A stretch of DNA of 64,000 nt, from assembly GCA_973895155.1 (NCBI GenBank), contig OZ316892.1, positions 26,063,233-26,127,232 on the forward strand, in the 5' to 3' direction. Shown in pieces: positions 1 through 13,744 of the stretch. Both the position numbers and the translations under genes were made by a program. Origin of the DNA: Marsupella aquatica. Its lineage: Eukaryota > Plantae > Marchantiophyta. Numbering within the stretch: the first letter of the stretch is position 1; each line of letters opens with the position of its first letter. The notes below the pieces were generated by a model that had not been told where the DNA came from, searched no databases, and worked only from the letters and a program-made list of their open reading frames with translations.

Positions 1-344
1 ATGGGCACAGGGCTATGTCCAATTAAAAGCTGTGGCCCCCATGATTTACTCCAGCCTGATTGAGGCACCCACTCTAAGTACTTGAAAATTGGTTCCTGCT
101 GTCATTTACCACTTAATTTGTTAACCCTAATTAATTATAGTAACCATAAGTTTTTCATCCATACTTAGTCCGTTGAGCCTGAAATTTGGTTTCAGTCATG
201 TAAAGCTTGTACTGATTGTCCATACTAGTTGCCATGGGATTGGACAACCTGTCAGTCCTTTTGGACATGGGCATTTATTTTCTCTTTGTCTTAGAAACTC
301 CCTCTCCACAATGGCCTCCTTCCCTCCCTCACTATAAGTACAAC

Positions 345-495
345 CAGTGGGTTTACCCCCCAACTCATGGCATGACCAACAGAAAAGAGAGCAGGGTTTA
401 GCCCCAACTCATGGAATGACCAACAGAAAAGAAAGCTGTTCAGCCCTAACTCATGGAACGACTAACAGAAAAGAGAGGGGAACTCATGGAACCGC
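345..495. repeat. Degenerate ~45-bp tandem repeat (3-4 copies)
   Basis: The unit 'aactcatgg(c/a)atgaccaacagaaaagagag' recurs at about 363, 406, 448 and, partially, 481. Confidence 0.8.
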
Positions 496-1617
496 AGATT
501 TTTGGTCTGCGACCCGGCCCGCAGCATTTTGGGTAATGGGAAACCTCCAGGAAACAGCTACAGTACGTAATTACTGTCAGGAAGAAAGGTTACCCTAAAC
601 CCTCAACCTTTTCCACTAGATGCTACCAGTTCCAGAATCGTGTGCCCAGAAAGTCTTACGCGATAATCTTTTTCCCAGATAGGTATTATGTATGATAATG
701 ACTGTCTGAGCTGGGGTTTGTTGACAGTCACTTTGCTTCATGAATCATCGCAAAGTATCATGCGTTTCTAAGTGAGAAGTATGCTTGTATCCGGCTGTTA
801 TGCTGTGTCCACTCCTCGGATATTACAGCTTGTTATCTGCTTGTTTGCATTGACAATTAGTAGGGACGTGCCTTGTATGTATCATATTTCACCGTAGATC
901 TGTGTTCTACCTCCTGATGGATTAAAATCCACCTGTATCACTGGTGTGTATGTATGTGGTGCCCCCGCCTCCCCTTTCTCATTCATAGAAGGAGATCAAT
1001 AAATTTGTTCTCTTTAGGGTTCTAATTTGAAACCTTCCCACAAAGCTCAGAAAAATGTTAATGGTCGTGGGGTTTTTTAATGCCTCTCGGCTTACCACAG
1101 CTTGCCACATATGCAGATTTATATCTCATTATTTTGGTGGTATCTGGGGTGTATTTATATGCATGACATTTATGGATACAGATTTTTCGAAAACACAAAC
1201 TCGATACTGCTGTACGATGGAATACGTATGATTGATGGGCGAGACCAACGTGTAGACACACGTTTCAATCTTGGCTGTCAAAATAGAATATGCCTACGTA
1301 ACGTATATTGCGGGTCCCCAATTACTCCTTAATGGAGTATTGGGGCTTCCGTATGCCTCCCTGCTCCCGCGGGTCAGCATACGGTCACCTCCAGTACTCC
1401 ATTACCTCCAGTACTCCATTAAGGAACAACAGGGACCATAAACATATACTTTCTGGCTGTCACCTGTCAGCAGTTATTGGCTTGTCAGCATTTACTCACT
1501 TTCTGGTCAGGGTTTAGCAGGGTTTGAAGTGACGGGCAAGTTGCCGAGTTGCCAGGCACGTAAACTCATCATTTGCCGGACCAAAATGACTCTATTTGCC
1601 GGATGTTCCCGATTATT

Positions 1618-1877
1618 CCTGGGCCCGGCCTGGCCCCTCACCCGGCCCCTCACCCGGACCCGGCCCCGTCCGGGGTCCCCTTCCTCCCGAACCCCCCTCC
1701 TCCCGAACTCCCCTTCCCTCCTCCCGAACTCCTGATCTCCCCCTCCCGAACTCCCCCTCCTCCCGAACCTGCCGGCCCAGCCCGGGGAAGGGGAGCTCGG
1801 GAAGGGGAGACCGGGGGGTGGGGCCGGGGAAGGGGAGTTTGGGAAGGGGAGACCAGGGGCATGGGGCCGGGGGCCCT
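1618..1877. repeat. GC-rich fold-back low-complexity element (C-rich half followed by G-rich half)
   Basis: 'tcccgaactcccc' and 'cccggcccc' units at 1620-1770 are followed by complementary 'ggggaaggggag' and 'ggggccgggg' units at 1784-1875. 'ctctatttgccgg' flanks it as a direct repeat at about 1590 and 1941. Confidence 0.65.
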
Positions 1878-2624
1878 AGGTAAGCCATAGGCCGGGTGAC
1901 GACTTGCCCTTGACGGGGTCTAAAGACTGGGTTATAAAGGCTCTATTTGCCGGGCAAGTCCAAAGGGTGGGGGGGGGGGGGGTTTAGGGTACCCCAGACC
2001 CAAACGTCCTTGTTAGGGACTGGGACAGTTCTGTAGATGGTTCAAGATGAAAGGAAGCGTTTTGGTGACGCAAACCTGTGGAAAGTCTACACGAACAACA
2101 ACAGTCTCGCACACTTTTTACTTCACGTCGCGTGTTTCTGAAGAGGTCCACGAAGAAGAATGCGAGGGAAGTTCGTGGTGTCTTTCCTTCCTCCCCTTCA
2201 CATGAGTGACATTCTCGATCATTCCTCTACAGGAGCTTCATTTCCATTGCCGCTGCGTCTTTTAGAGCTCTCGTCTTTGCTCGCCGGGTCTACTTTCTCA
2301 GTGGGATTAGCTCTCCAGACTCCAAACCCGATGAGGAGTTTGTCGCGTGTATATATGAATATGTGCAGGAGGAGGACGAGAATGAGGTCGTAACGAAGAG
2401 GAGTAAAGTGTGTCGCTACTGCTGTAAAAGATTCACGACGGATGGACTGACGGACTGGATTTTGAAGTCGTGTTCGGAGCAAGGAATTTTCTCACGTTTG
2501 AATCGATTGGGGAGGAATTTACTCTACAAGCTTTGCTGGATTGAGTGCGTCAGTCTGTGCGAGGAAGATTTCGAGTCTTGAGGTGAATTGCATGAGATAG
2601 GACACTGCAGGAGGCCCAGGAGTC

Positions 2625-2794
2625 ATGCCGATCGCTTCGATCGACGGGGGGGATTTGTGTAAAGTATGGGAAATTAAAACGTTAGGGTTGGCGAGAGATG
2701 GCGATGCCCGGAAGCTGTTGGAGGATGTCGCAAAGCAGGTTCAGCCAATTATGCGCAAGCGCAAGTGGAAAGTGCCGCTCCTCTCTGAATTTTG
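2625..2794 (+). pseudogene. WSS1: Wss1/WLM-domain DNA-dependent metalloprotease, coding exon 1 (orphaned from its downstream exons)
   Basis: MPIASIDGGDLCKVWEIKTLG...ARKLLEDVAKQVQPIMRKRKWKVPLLSEF matches the N-terminus of plant Wss1 proteins. The exon ends GAA TTT TG|gtacgc, a phase-2 donor at 2795. Confidence 0.88.
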
Positions 2795-3909
2795 GTACGC
2801 TTTCTGAGTGTGGCCACGATTCAGTGCACCAGCGTTTTGACATTGTGTGTGGAAATTAGTTGTCCTGTTTGGTGAGCTTGTGCTTGTTCTTTTTGTTGTT
2901 TGAAAAACTTGTTTTTATGGTTTTGGCGAAGGTGAGTGTCACGTTCTTCCTCTACCCCTCACATCTGATTTTTGGTCGCATGCTACTCTGGAGCCTTTCT
3001 CTTCCTCATTGGTCGGATTTCCTTACAAAGCTTTGTGTGGTCTGTTTTGCCGAGGCATTCGGTATTCTGTCGGGGATCCTTGGCCTTACATTTCGAACCA
3101 ATCTAAACTGCTTTGAAGAAGAAAAGAAAATCAAGTCAGAATATTTCAACAAGAAAAACCTATGTTAAGTTTAGGAATGTTGCAAGTACCCTCTTTGGGA
3201 TTTCTGTCGAATCTCTCAGGTACAGGGTTAAGGGACACCTGCTTGGGAGACTCCGTACTGTAGAGAGAGTGGTTCACTAAGGCAGCTGCTAGCGGTGTAT
3301 GAGCGGTCTCTTTGTGTATTCTGATCCCGTAAGCCAGAGGTCGTTCAATGGGTGTAATCTGTCATAGAGGTGGAAATCGAGTCTGTTTTAGCGTGTTCTC
3401 ATTGGTTTATTTACGTACTAGAGATAATTAGTGAAATTCATGGGAATTTTCAGGATGTAGGTTGCACACACAGCCCCCTATCAACCGCTGTGATAGCTGA
3501 CAGGGAAGAAAGAGAAGGTGTTACTCGTGCAAAATTGAAGGTGCAGTCTGGTCTTACCTCACCCCATGGCTATGAAAGCACCCATGGTTGTGGACTCAGA
3601 GTGCTGAGCATGCAAAATGTGTTGGTCAGGCATCGTGCAACGCATCAAGGTTTGCGGTGTGGTTGAAAAGGCTCAAATATTTCTTGGCGGGCAACCGTCT
3701 AACCCACAGTTAAATGAGGCTTTAACCCAAGGTAGAGTGACCCGTGGGCCCTCTCAAACCAACGCTCCCCTGCACAAATGTGTTCCGAGAACAGGGACCC
3801 AGACAGCCTTTAGGACCATATTTTTAACGGCAGGGCAGGGGTGTCTGAACGGGCAGGGGTCCAGACACGACTTTGGGGATAGCCTATTTGAGACCCCCTA
3901 ATGGGTTTA

Positions 3910-4716
3910 GGGGCTGCTACGTATCATTTGGGTTCCTTGGACACGGTGCTCCGAAAAGAAACGATGGCAGAGGTGACCGCGAAGGAAATAAAAGTTTAGG
4001 GTTCTGGAGCCGTTCGGTAGATTGAAGACTGCAATCTTCCCAATCTTCGTCCGCCTGCTGAACCCTCCCCAATGGCGCTATAAGATCTTTCGAGTGACAC
4101 TGATGCGAAGAGGAGAAGACTGAAGCCCACATTCTGTCTCTCACGAACTTTCTACAAGGGTCCGCTGAGGTTTACTAGAGAGATTTTGTATCTGCGACGT
4201 AGATGAGGAGGAATACTGTTGTTGCGATGGAACGAGCGACATCCATTGCTTTGTGGAAGCTGGATTCGTGATTCGTCGGGGGAGAGAACTCTTTCTTAGA
4301 TTTCGCTGCTGTTGGGTCTTCGGATCGTTGTCTACGCTTTCATATGGCCGCTTTTTCAGTTTCAAGGTCCTTCTTGTTCCGGGTTGCCGAGCTCTTCCTC
4401 TGTAGTAACGGCAACCATCTCGTTGCATATCTGTGATGACGAACCTTCCTCTGGATTCCGTCTGCCATGTGCCCGTTGTCGTTGAGATGTTTACTTGATT
4501 TGAGTCGATTCAACATTAGAACCATGTACGACCTATGATGAAAAACATACCGTCCAATGTTGCAAGGGTGCCGAGCCCTTGCTTAGCAAGGAGAACCTAC
4601 TCGGCAGTCCCCTTGCATTTCTGTGACGATTAACCTCTTCGGAGGTCTTAATCAGTTCGTTAGTGTCTGGCGAGTTGAGCGCTGGTGGGTTTTCTGTTTC
4701 TACTCTGGTCCCGTGA
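3910..4716 (+). repeat. Left arm of a ~790-bp inverted repeat (leader/promoter-like sequence; possible long TIR)
   Basis: It is the reverse complement of 15270-16056 along its whole length, roughly 90% identical by eye. It begins tta|GGGGC and contains a telo-box-like TTTAGGGTT near 3995. Confidence 0.92.
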
Positions 4717-5539
4717 TGGTAATGCTGTGTAAAACCATCAAGTTTACGATAAGTACATTGCCTCTTGTTAATCCCAGGTGCGACTCTGTGCGCGGCTGAT
4801 TCATTTGGGGCATACATAAACTCAAAAGTTTCGCTGACAGCATCCACTGTTATGGATGTGATCTGATAGTAGCTTTTGTATATTATTCCACTTTCTGTTC
4901 TTATTTGACTTCTCTGATGAAACCTTTTCAGTCCCAGGTTGGGGGACGATCATCACACGCCCATGTTCTCTGGGTATATAAGCTAACAAATTTATTCGAT
5001 AGACTCATTGTTAGATGACCGTGACAGTTTCTGGTCTTTCGTGATATACCAGACTCGTAAATCTGTTGGGTTGGGGTTTAGGGCTTATGATTGCTCATTT
5101 TACTGGCGGTTGTGTCGATCAACTACACTAAACCACAATGTATGGTGACTCGATGGAAATTTTGGATATGGACGGTTTTAGGCAACACTCCACAGCCAGG
5201 TGTGATAAATTTTGTATGCATGTCATTTTGTTGGATTTTGATGTGAGCAACGACCTTGAACACATCCTGAACAAAGACGTTTAATTTGCAGAGTTCATCC
5301 TTCATCGTCCGGTTTGATTGGTATTGGTAACAGCCGTTGTTCTTGTACAAGGCCTTCAGGTAATAAGACAGAAGGGCGATTTCAACGTCGTGAATACTTA
5401 CTTTTGATTAAAACCCGTGTTCCAGCACCACGTTATGATATATTTAGTTCCGTGAATTTCCTGCTCTGAGACTCATGTGATGAAGACTTGAATTTCAAGT
5501 TTGATTATTTTTTCAACTCCAAGGAAGCACAGGGGGGTC

Positions 5540-5713
5540 ACATTCATGTCAGATGTGTCTACTCTCAATTTATTCCATAGAGACAATCTAAATAATGCTG
5601 GATAGGCTCTATTTGTGAATTGTAGGAGACGGAGGGGAACCGCTTCCACGTTCATGTCATCTGTGTCTAATCTCAATCGATCCTGTAGAGCCAATCTAAA
5701 GTATGCTGGGTAG
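5540..5713. repeat. Two diverged direct copies, ~107-bp period
   Basis: 'cacattcatgtcagatgtgtctactctcaat...caatctaaa..atgctgg.tag' occurs at 5540 and 5647. Confidence 0.65.
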
Positions 5714-6345
5714 CCCTTATTTCTGAATTGCAGGTCTCATTTCAAAAACCTGAGATCTTTCAGCCAGGTTATGATTAGGCAGTTTTGGCAACTTACAAAT
5801 GAACGCCTTACAAGCTGCCCTAAGAGTGTATCCTATAAACAAACCAAGGCCCAACCACGGGGGTCCGCAATATGTGACGTATTGATGAAGTTGTTTGGTG
5901 CCAATTCGATTGACTCTTCACTCTGCCCTTTCTATGCTTACGGTGAGCAAATACCGGAGTATGAACGAGCCTATCGATACTTAAGCTACCTGGATATGCC
6001 TTTCACAATCATGTCAGTATTCTATTCTAAGAACATTGCATTCTTCACAGACAGCCGCTACTCTCAATTGATAAGGAGGCATAAGACTTTTGCAAGTTAT
6101 CAGTACAAAAGATCACAGCAGAGCAAGGAAGACAAGAAAATACATCTTTGGACTGAGGTAGGCCTGCATCCTAGCAGTAGGACTCAACAGACTTAGCTTC
6201 TGCTATCTAATTCTGAAAATTTCACTGTAGTATTATCGTTGTGAAATATAGTCCTTCAGAGGTGAGAACAAATTCATCGCACCTCGTGGAATCATCTGGA
6301 TTTTATCCTGGTGTCAGTCAGGCTTTCCAAATCTGATCGTGGGTT

Positions 6346-8941
6346 GTGGTCCTGACAGAGGAAGCCCAGAGCACTCATAAGACGACAAGGAAAGCACTTT
6401 GGGTGGATGGATGGTCAACTCCAGCATGGGTTACGGCAAGGGCGAATTTGATTACTCAGTGTAGATTGCAATCTCGTGTTAGTTATGGCACGAGAGATTG
6501 GTCTCAAGTCACTGCACAAGGGAATGGCAGTAAGCTCATGCATAATGCTGGTACCACAAGTGGAACAATTGCTGTTTTGCAGGAACGTCTACAACGAGGC
6601 ATTACTATCGACCCGCACACGTATGTTAGAGCTCTGCAAATGTGCTTGCAACTGAAAGACCTTTCAGCGGCCAAGCAGGTCCATGATTGCATCACCGAGA
6701 GTGGAATTGACAAGAATCCGTATGTGGCAATCACGCTCTTGAATGTGTATATCAAATGCGGAGTATTGTGGGATGCGCGTCGAGTTTTTTATCAACTTGA
6801 GAAGAAGAGTGTTATTACTTGGACCAACATGATCGCAGGATATGCTAAGAGTGATCATGCTGAATCCGCACTAGAACTTTTCAATCAAATGCGCCAAGAA
6901 GGTGCGCAGCCTAATGAGATCACATGTCTGAGCATCCTGAAGGCATGTGCCAACCCATTGGCTCTAAAATGGGGAAAGGAACTTCATGTGTATATTCGAC
7001 ATGCTGGCTTTGAATCAGATGTGCGTGTAGGGTCTGCCCTCCTACAGATGTATGCAAAATGTGGGTGCGTCACCGAGGCAATGCAAGTTTTTGAAAAGTT
7101 GACCAATCGAAATGTCATTACATGGACTGTTATGATTCGAGCTTATCCAGAACGTGGTTATGGTGTGGAAGCATATCAACTGTTTCTCCAAATGAGGCGG
7201 GAAGGCTTCGAACCAGATGCAATCACTTACATCAGCATCCTGAATGCATCTGCAAGCGAGGGGGCTCTGGCGTGGGTTAAGGAAGTTCACCGCCATGCTA
7301 GCTAAGCGGGACTGGATTTAGATTTGCGTGTGGGCAATGCACTGGTTCACATGTATGCAAAGAGTGGCAGTATGGATGACGCCCGACTGGTTTTTGACAA
7401 AATGGAGAAACACGATGTAGTCACATGGAATGTAATGATCGGTGGACTTGCACAGCATGGATGTGGGCATGAAGCATATCGACTATTTCTGCAAATGAGA
7501 CGGGAAGGCTTCGAACCAGATGCAATCACTTATATGAGCATCCTGAAAGCGTCTGCAAGTGAGCGGGCTTTGGAGTGGGCGAAGGAGGTTCACGGCCATG
7601 CTAGCAAAGCGGGACTGGTCTCAGATTTGCGTGTGGGCAGTGCACTGGGTCACATGTATTCTCAGAGTGGCAGTATAGATGACGCCCGACTTGTTTTTGA
7701 CAGAATGGAGAAACGCGATGTAGTCACATGGACTGTGATGATCGGTGGACTTGCCCACTATGGATGTGAGCATGAAGCGTATGGACTGTTTCTCGAAATG
7801 AGACGTGAAGGCTTTGAACCAGATGCAATCACTTATTTGAGCATCCTGAATGCATCTGCAAGTGCGGGGGCTTTGGAGTGGGTGAAGGATGTTCATGGCC
7901 ATGCTAGGAAGGCGGGACTAGAGTTAGATTTGCGTGTGGGCAGTGCACTGGTTCACATGTATGCAGAGAGTGGCAGTATAGATGACGCCCGACTTGGTTT
8001 TGACAAAAATGGAGAAACGCGATGTGGTCACATGGACTGTAATGATCGGCGGACTTGCACAACATGGATGTGAGAATGAAGCCGTGGAACTCTTCAGAAA
8101 AATGACCGCAAACAGTGTGAAGCCCAACAGTCATTCATTCGTGGCAGTGTTGTCAGCCTGTTGTCACGGAGGCCTTGTTGATGATGGCCGTAGACTCTTT
8201 TCAGCTATGATGCAAGACTACGGCATTGAGCCTGACATTATGCATTATACCTGCATGGTAGATCTTCTTGGGCGGGCTGGACACTTGGAGGAAGCAAAGC
8301 TCTTCATTAGTGACATGCCAATTGAACCAGATGCAGTAACTTGGACAGCCTTACTTGGTGCTTGTAGAAGTTACGACAATGTGGAGGTTGGCGAACTTGC
8401 AGCTAGCGAGCTTTTAAAGCTGGAACCCTGTAGAGCCTCTACCTATGTGCTCCTCTCCAACATCTATGCTGCAGCCGGCAAATGGGAGAAGAAATCATTA
8501 TTGCGAAGGATGATGCAACAGAGAGGTGTTAAGAAGGAGCCAGGACGTAGCTGGATTGAAGTTAATAAGAAGATCCATTAATTTGTTGCAGGGGATATAT
8601 CTTACCCAGAAGCGAAACGGATATATACTGAGCTCAATAAATTAACTGAAAAACTGAAGGTGGAAGGCTACATTCCGGATATTCGACTAGTGTTGCATGA
8701 TATCAACGAGAAGGATAAAGAACTAGCTCTTTGCTCTCATAGTGAGAAGTTGGCCATTGCTTACGGAGTTATGCACATACCTCGGGGAAAACCAATTCGT
8801 GTTTGGAAGAACCTTCGGGTGTGTTCAGACTGCCATACCGCAACCAAGTTTATCTCTAAGGGACGCGAGATTGTAGCCAGGGATGCTAATCGCTTTCACC
8901 ATTTTAAAGATGGGATGTGTTCTTGTGGAGATTACTGGTGA
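6346..8941 (+). pseudogene. PLS-class PPR protein with E and DYW deaminase domains (organellar C-to-U editing factor), disrupted
   Basis: It has P-L-S triplets, a PG box (KKEPGRSWIEV), HSEKLA, CSDCH and a terminal CSCGDYW. Lesions: TAA at 7303-7305 (the sister repeat has AAA), an extra A at about 8005 (gacaaaaatg vs gacaaaatg), TAA at 8579-8581, and a likely 2-aa deletion in ISK--GREIV. The true start is uncertain. Confidence 0.93.
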
Positions 8942-10789
8942 CCAGATTAAAAGTCTTGTTCAGGTGGCTGTGAAGTGACTCGAAAGCAAAACCCACTCTT
9001 GCCCATTTGGTCTTTCTATTCAGATCTGTCCATTTGTCTTTCTGTTCCAATATGCCCACTTGTTCTTCTGTTCCAAGCGGTCTTGACCAAGAAATGACTG
9101 ATGTCTGATGCTTCACCAGACAGATTGGGCAGACGGAAATACGTAAAGGTAAGATCAAATTTAAGCACATGTGTTTAGTCAATTTGAAACGATTCTGAAA
9201 TGCTGATCAGAGAGGGGATACAGAAGGAGAGAGCTGGCCCCTTTTGGCGAGGGTCTAGAGATACGCTGCCATCAATTCGTAAGAATGGCACCTCGCTAAT
9301 TTGTTCGCAAACCTCTTTTGAGTTTTGAGGGTCAAACAGGAAGGCTGGCAAATGGGTTACAGCACGCTGCAAATGAAAGCAAACAATTCAATTCAAACTC
9401 AGTGAAAAGTATGGAGCCCACCTGTGAGCACCATAGCGGTGACACTAGCGAGGCTTTCTCTTCTCGCTTTTTTTGCCAATGATCTATAGAGAATCACCAA
9501 CGTAGAAACTAGCGTTGGGAATCAACCACACATTGAACTCAGCAGAGAATTGGTCAATTCATTGCACTGAGCAAGAACACGAGGTACACATTGCTTGAGC
9601 ACACACCCAATTCACAACAACAATGCTATGGTCACCTCTCGGTAGGCACAATACTGTTGTGGCTTATACAGTATTGTGCCTAACCATAGGGTGCCAATTG
9701 AGTCCCCAAGCAAACATTACAGAGTTACAAGCTGTTCTGAAAAGAGCCATTATGCAATGTCAGACACTGTCGGTTCTCTCATTTTAGCTTTCTCTCATTT
9801 CTATGGCGCTGATTGGTCTGCGTTCATCTCAGCTGCTGGTCTACGTTCATCTCAGCCCATACTGTATGAAGAAATGAGAGAACGATGCTGGTTCTCTAGA
9901 TGATAGCAAAGGGTAGGTGCTCGAGTGGCATTTGCATTATGATAGCAATGAATGGATGTCCTTGATGGTAGCATAGGGTTCTTGCTAGAGTGACATTTGC
10001 AATTGACTGTTGCAAGGAAATAGTGCACTCCTAGACATTCAAGGATACTTTATGTGAAAATTGTATTTGATTCAAGAGTGTGTGTAGTATTTCATGGAGG
10101 TTGTCATATGGTATTCTTTTTGTATGTCATGATGACATCTACCAGCTATGTAAAATAGATATATCCATACCCTATTTTTTCAACCTTTGGAATAAAATGA
10201 TGGGTTTTTACCCCTCTCAAGACCTTTTGCCATTAAGTTTTGCTTGCTGATGAAAAGTTTCAGGGTTTCTCTTCCTTCTTCTAATAAATTAATCTCATTG
10301 TAGGAGGGCCGTCAGGCTAGTGATCTATTGATTGGGATTTTTCCATAGGAGCATGATAGCTTTTTGTGACCTTGATTGATTTCTTAAGTATTTTCTTTCT
10401 GTCAGCTCATGGGTCGAATTTGTTTATACACAGTCATAATTTGTTTGGGTCGAATTTGTTTATACACAGTCATAATTTGTTTATACACAGTCATACTCAG
10501 ATCACGAAGATAGGAAGTCTCCAAGCTGAACCACTTTACTGGAAATTAAGGCCAATTAAAAAACAAAACCCCAGAAATTGGGGGATAAGAGGCAAGTGAC
10601 CAAAGACCAGTGTATTTTTTAAGGATTTTCACTTTAAGTCTCAAAATTGTATTTAAAATACCCTATTATTCTTCTTAGAAAATTCTTAAGTTTTCTCTTA
10701 GAACCAATAAAATGACTCTATCCTTTATTGCACATGATGTGTCATTTTTGTGGAAATTGAAACGCCCGAGACAAAGTTCTGGGATAAAT

Positions 10790-11403
10790 CATCAGGTAAG
10801 GAGCTCTGTCATGGAGTTGAAAGTTTGTGAGTGCAAAGAGTGGCAAGAGATGGGTTTTCCTTGTGTTCATGCAGTGAAGTTTTGTCGAAACCGTGGAATG
10901 GATGAAAAGGCTTACATTGATGACATATGAAAAGCTAGGAACCAGGTGCGGTGTTCAATCCCCTATTATGCTTAACCACATACATTTGTCATTGGAACAT
11001 CCGTGGACTATTACCCAATGTTGTGTTCCAATCCACTAATTACCATTTGTTTACCTGGATACAGGTTCTTGCTTACATGGTCAATTTGCCACCTGTTTCC
11101 TTGAGTGGTTTGAAGGTACACGATAACTGCTTTGAGCCTTTGATAGTACCAACAGATAAGAAGATGAGTAAGTCCATAAAAAGGAAGGCATCCCGGTAAG
11201 TACAACCAGTTCTTAAATAAACTTCTGGAATTCTTTAAGGAAGATTGTCCCATCTCATACCTATATATTAATATCTCTTAAACTTGACTTGTAATGTTTG
11301 AATGTGCATATTTGAGAGAACTATAGCAAATGAGCAACTTGCAGCAAAACAACATCAGAAGTGCTCAATTTTCCATAAGAAGGGTCATAATAGTCGGGGT
11401 TGT
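10790..11403 (+). mobile_element. Mutator-like (MULE) transposase C-terminal remnant: SWIM finger plus degenerate zinc knuckle
   Basis: CECKEWQEMGFPCVHAV is the SWIM motif CxCxxWxxxGxPCxHA. The downstream KCSIFHKKGHNSRGC resembles the CX2CX4HX4C knuckle of MuDRA C-termini. The frame is broken by stops. Confidence 0.75.
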
Positions 11404-11831
11404 GTTGTCCCCCATCAGACTGCACAACTCCAAATGCATAGGTCTAGTGATTTTTTGCGAGTTTGTGCCATTCATACTATGGAGAGGGAGATGGTAGAGG
11501 CCAGATGGGTGTTTTGGGACTCACGTCCAACACCAAAATTGAGTTTCTCACAATGGTATGAAGAGATGTTTCCAAGCCAGGTGGTGTAATTCAAGAAGTG
11601 CAAGTCAGACAAAAATTGAGACTTTGGAACCCTCAACTATGAAAATGATATAAATTGACATGACACTTTTTACAAACTAAGACATTAATATGACATGGAG
11701 AGTCATATCGGTGCACCTAAAGTTCTTGTGATGTGCATTGAAATAAAGTGTGTAGTGAACAATCCAACAAAGCACAGCAGATAATTGAACCCAAACCTTT
11801 ATTTATTGATAAATGGTTCATAGGATTTGGG

Positions 11832-12644
11832 TTAAGCGCAAAATTTTGTTGATTTCAACCCTAAACTATTTCCCTTGTACACTCCGCAAACAGAATAACT
11901 ATGCATCTGGTTTGTAAAATAGTCTATCAAAATACCCTAAATCTCGCAACCGGCTCTACAGAGCAAACACATCATCAATGTTACTTCAATATTTGGGACC
12001 ATACACAAATGACATGTTTCCCACATAAAAGTTTTTCTTCCTTGGGCAATCCAGATTTCATGGGTTTGACATGTGAGGTACTCACTTTTGCATCAAGGGC
12101 AAGACCTTGTTTGACCACTCCCATGGCCACTTTGGCCCACTCTTCATCTACTTGGTCTCTATCCACAAAAATCAGCCACTTCCCATTCAAAACATTATGT
12201 GCTTGGGCCAGCTTTTCTATATCACATGTGGTGAGCCTTCCTCGGGAGGTTAAACACAGGTTCTCCCAAGATTCTAGTAAACCTGTTGTATCAACTTGAT
12301 GGTCGGTTTTTTTGGCAAAATTGGTTGAAACACTCAATGGTCATATGGGATACAAGAGGGTTTCCATTCCTCAATGAATTGAGAAACGGTTTGCAAGTCA
12401 CTATCAAAGTGAACAACACCATACACACTTCCTTCGTCCATGCTATCCTACAAGGAATTCGAGGGTCATGCTCATTGTTCAAGAATTTTCATTGGACATA
12501 TTGTAGAAGTTCATTTGACTACCTTCCAAGAGACGATTTCCCATGGAAGGTACTTGGGAAGTCCCTCACAATTGCATGGAGCCAAGTTTTGTCCGTGTTT
12601 AGGAGTTTAGGATTTCCCATGGAAGGTACAATTAGTATGGATTG
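11832..12644 (-). pseudogene. DUF1917 / UPF0696 (C11orf68/Bles03-like, eIF4E-like fold) pseudogene, last exon
   Basis: The motifs GKWLIF..VDEEWAKVA..AKVS..HVICVW are followed, after frameshifts and stops, by NIDDVFAL*SRLRDLG..YKPDA..GVYKGNSLGLKST. This is the DUF1917 motif order. A candidate acceptor tttcag lies at 12645-12650; upstream exons were not resolved. Confidence 0.75.
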
Positions 12645-13744
12645 CTGAAAAGAAAGAAAAGCTAGAGTTATGAAAAGGAAGAAAAGCTAAAGTTATGGAG
12701 AGAGAGAAAGTCAGTTTCCTATCACTAAAGCACAGGTCCCAAGTGACCACTAGACATTGTCAGCTGCACCAACCCTACACCTTTACAAACCAGATTGGAG
12801 TTTTATAAATTTTTAATCTTCCAGCTAGCAGCTGCATGTACAAGATAGTTTTTGCCTTGTCAATGTCACAACATCGGGCAGCAAGATTGGATTTGCCTTT
12901 TAAATGTCATTGCGTCTGGCAGCAGAATCAGGCAGGTCAACACGGGGTCAACATTGGTTTTGCCTTAGTTTTCAATCTCATTGCGTCAGGCAGCAGAATC
13001 TACAACATTATTTGTTGCTTTTCAATCGACAACAGGATCAATCCACTCAGGATCAATATTGGCTGGTTGGATGGAGCGACTGGATTGGGGCCCAATGTTC
13101 ACAGATGTCCTTCCATTAATTTTAGCAAGGCACTTCAAGCTAGGACTGACGGCTGAGTGCTAGGACGATTGTAATTCCTTCGTATATATCACAGTGCCCA
13201 GAGCAGAGCAAGAAAGACTCTGCCGAACAACATTTTCTCTCCATATTCTTGCTTGAGAATAGACAACAATGACATTCCAGATTTCTTGAGTCTAATCCCT
13301 CTTGAAGTCTGCCCCCAAGCAGGCGTAACATTAACACTGTTCTTTGACAGAAATTTCTATACGAAATTCCTCCCGAAGCTGGCGGAGCACACAGTCACAC
13401 TAATTTGTGAAGCACTATATACAAAATTTCTCATGAAGCAGACACATGAGCGGCAGATTGATTAAGTGTTGAGAACGAGGCCCACCTGTCAGCTTGGTGA
13501 ATGTGTTTGATACCTAGAGTTTGCAGTTGTATTTCCTACTGATGTCAACTCGAAGCTGACCCTGAGACCACATGACAAGGAAACGCTGAAATTTCTGTGA
13601 AGAAAATTCACTAGCAATTGACAATGTGTAGATTGAGATTGGAAACTTACCAAAAAATTCTGCCACAATGCAAAGGACAGGTGTTGAGGGGCAAAATCTT
13701 TCACATGTACGTGACAAGTCTTCACAAAGTAAAACAGGCTACAA

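Noticed and set aside
1529-1890. Overlapping Pro/Gly-rich ORFs on both strands
   Set aside because: They are by-products of GC-rich low-complexity sequence that lacks stop codons.
3746-3901. Small MITE candidate adjoining the left inverted-repeat arm (gggccctctcaaac...tttgagaccccc)
   Set aside because: The TIR match is short and imperfect, and there is no matching TSD.
3917-4847. Short minus-strand ORFs in the inverted-repeat arm
   Set aside because: The reading frames are not preserved in the second copy, and no domain is recognisable.
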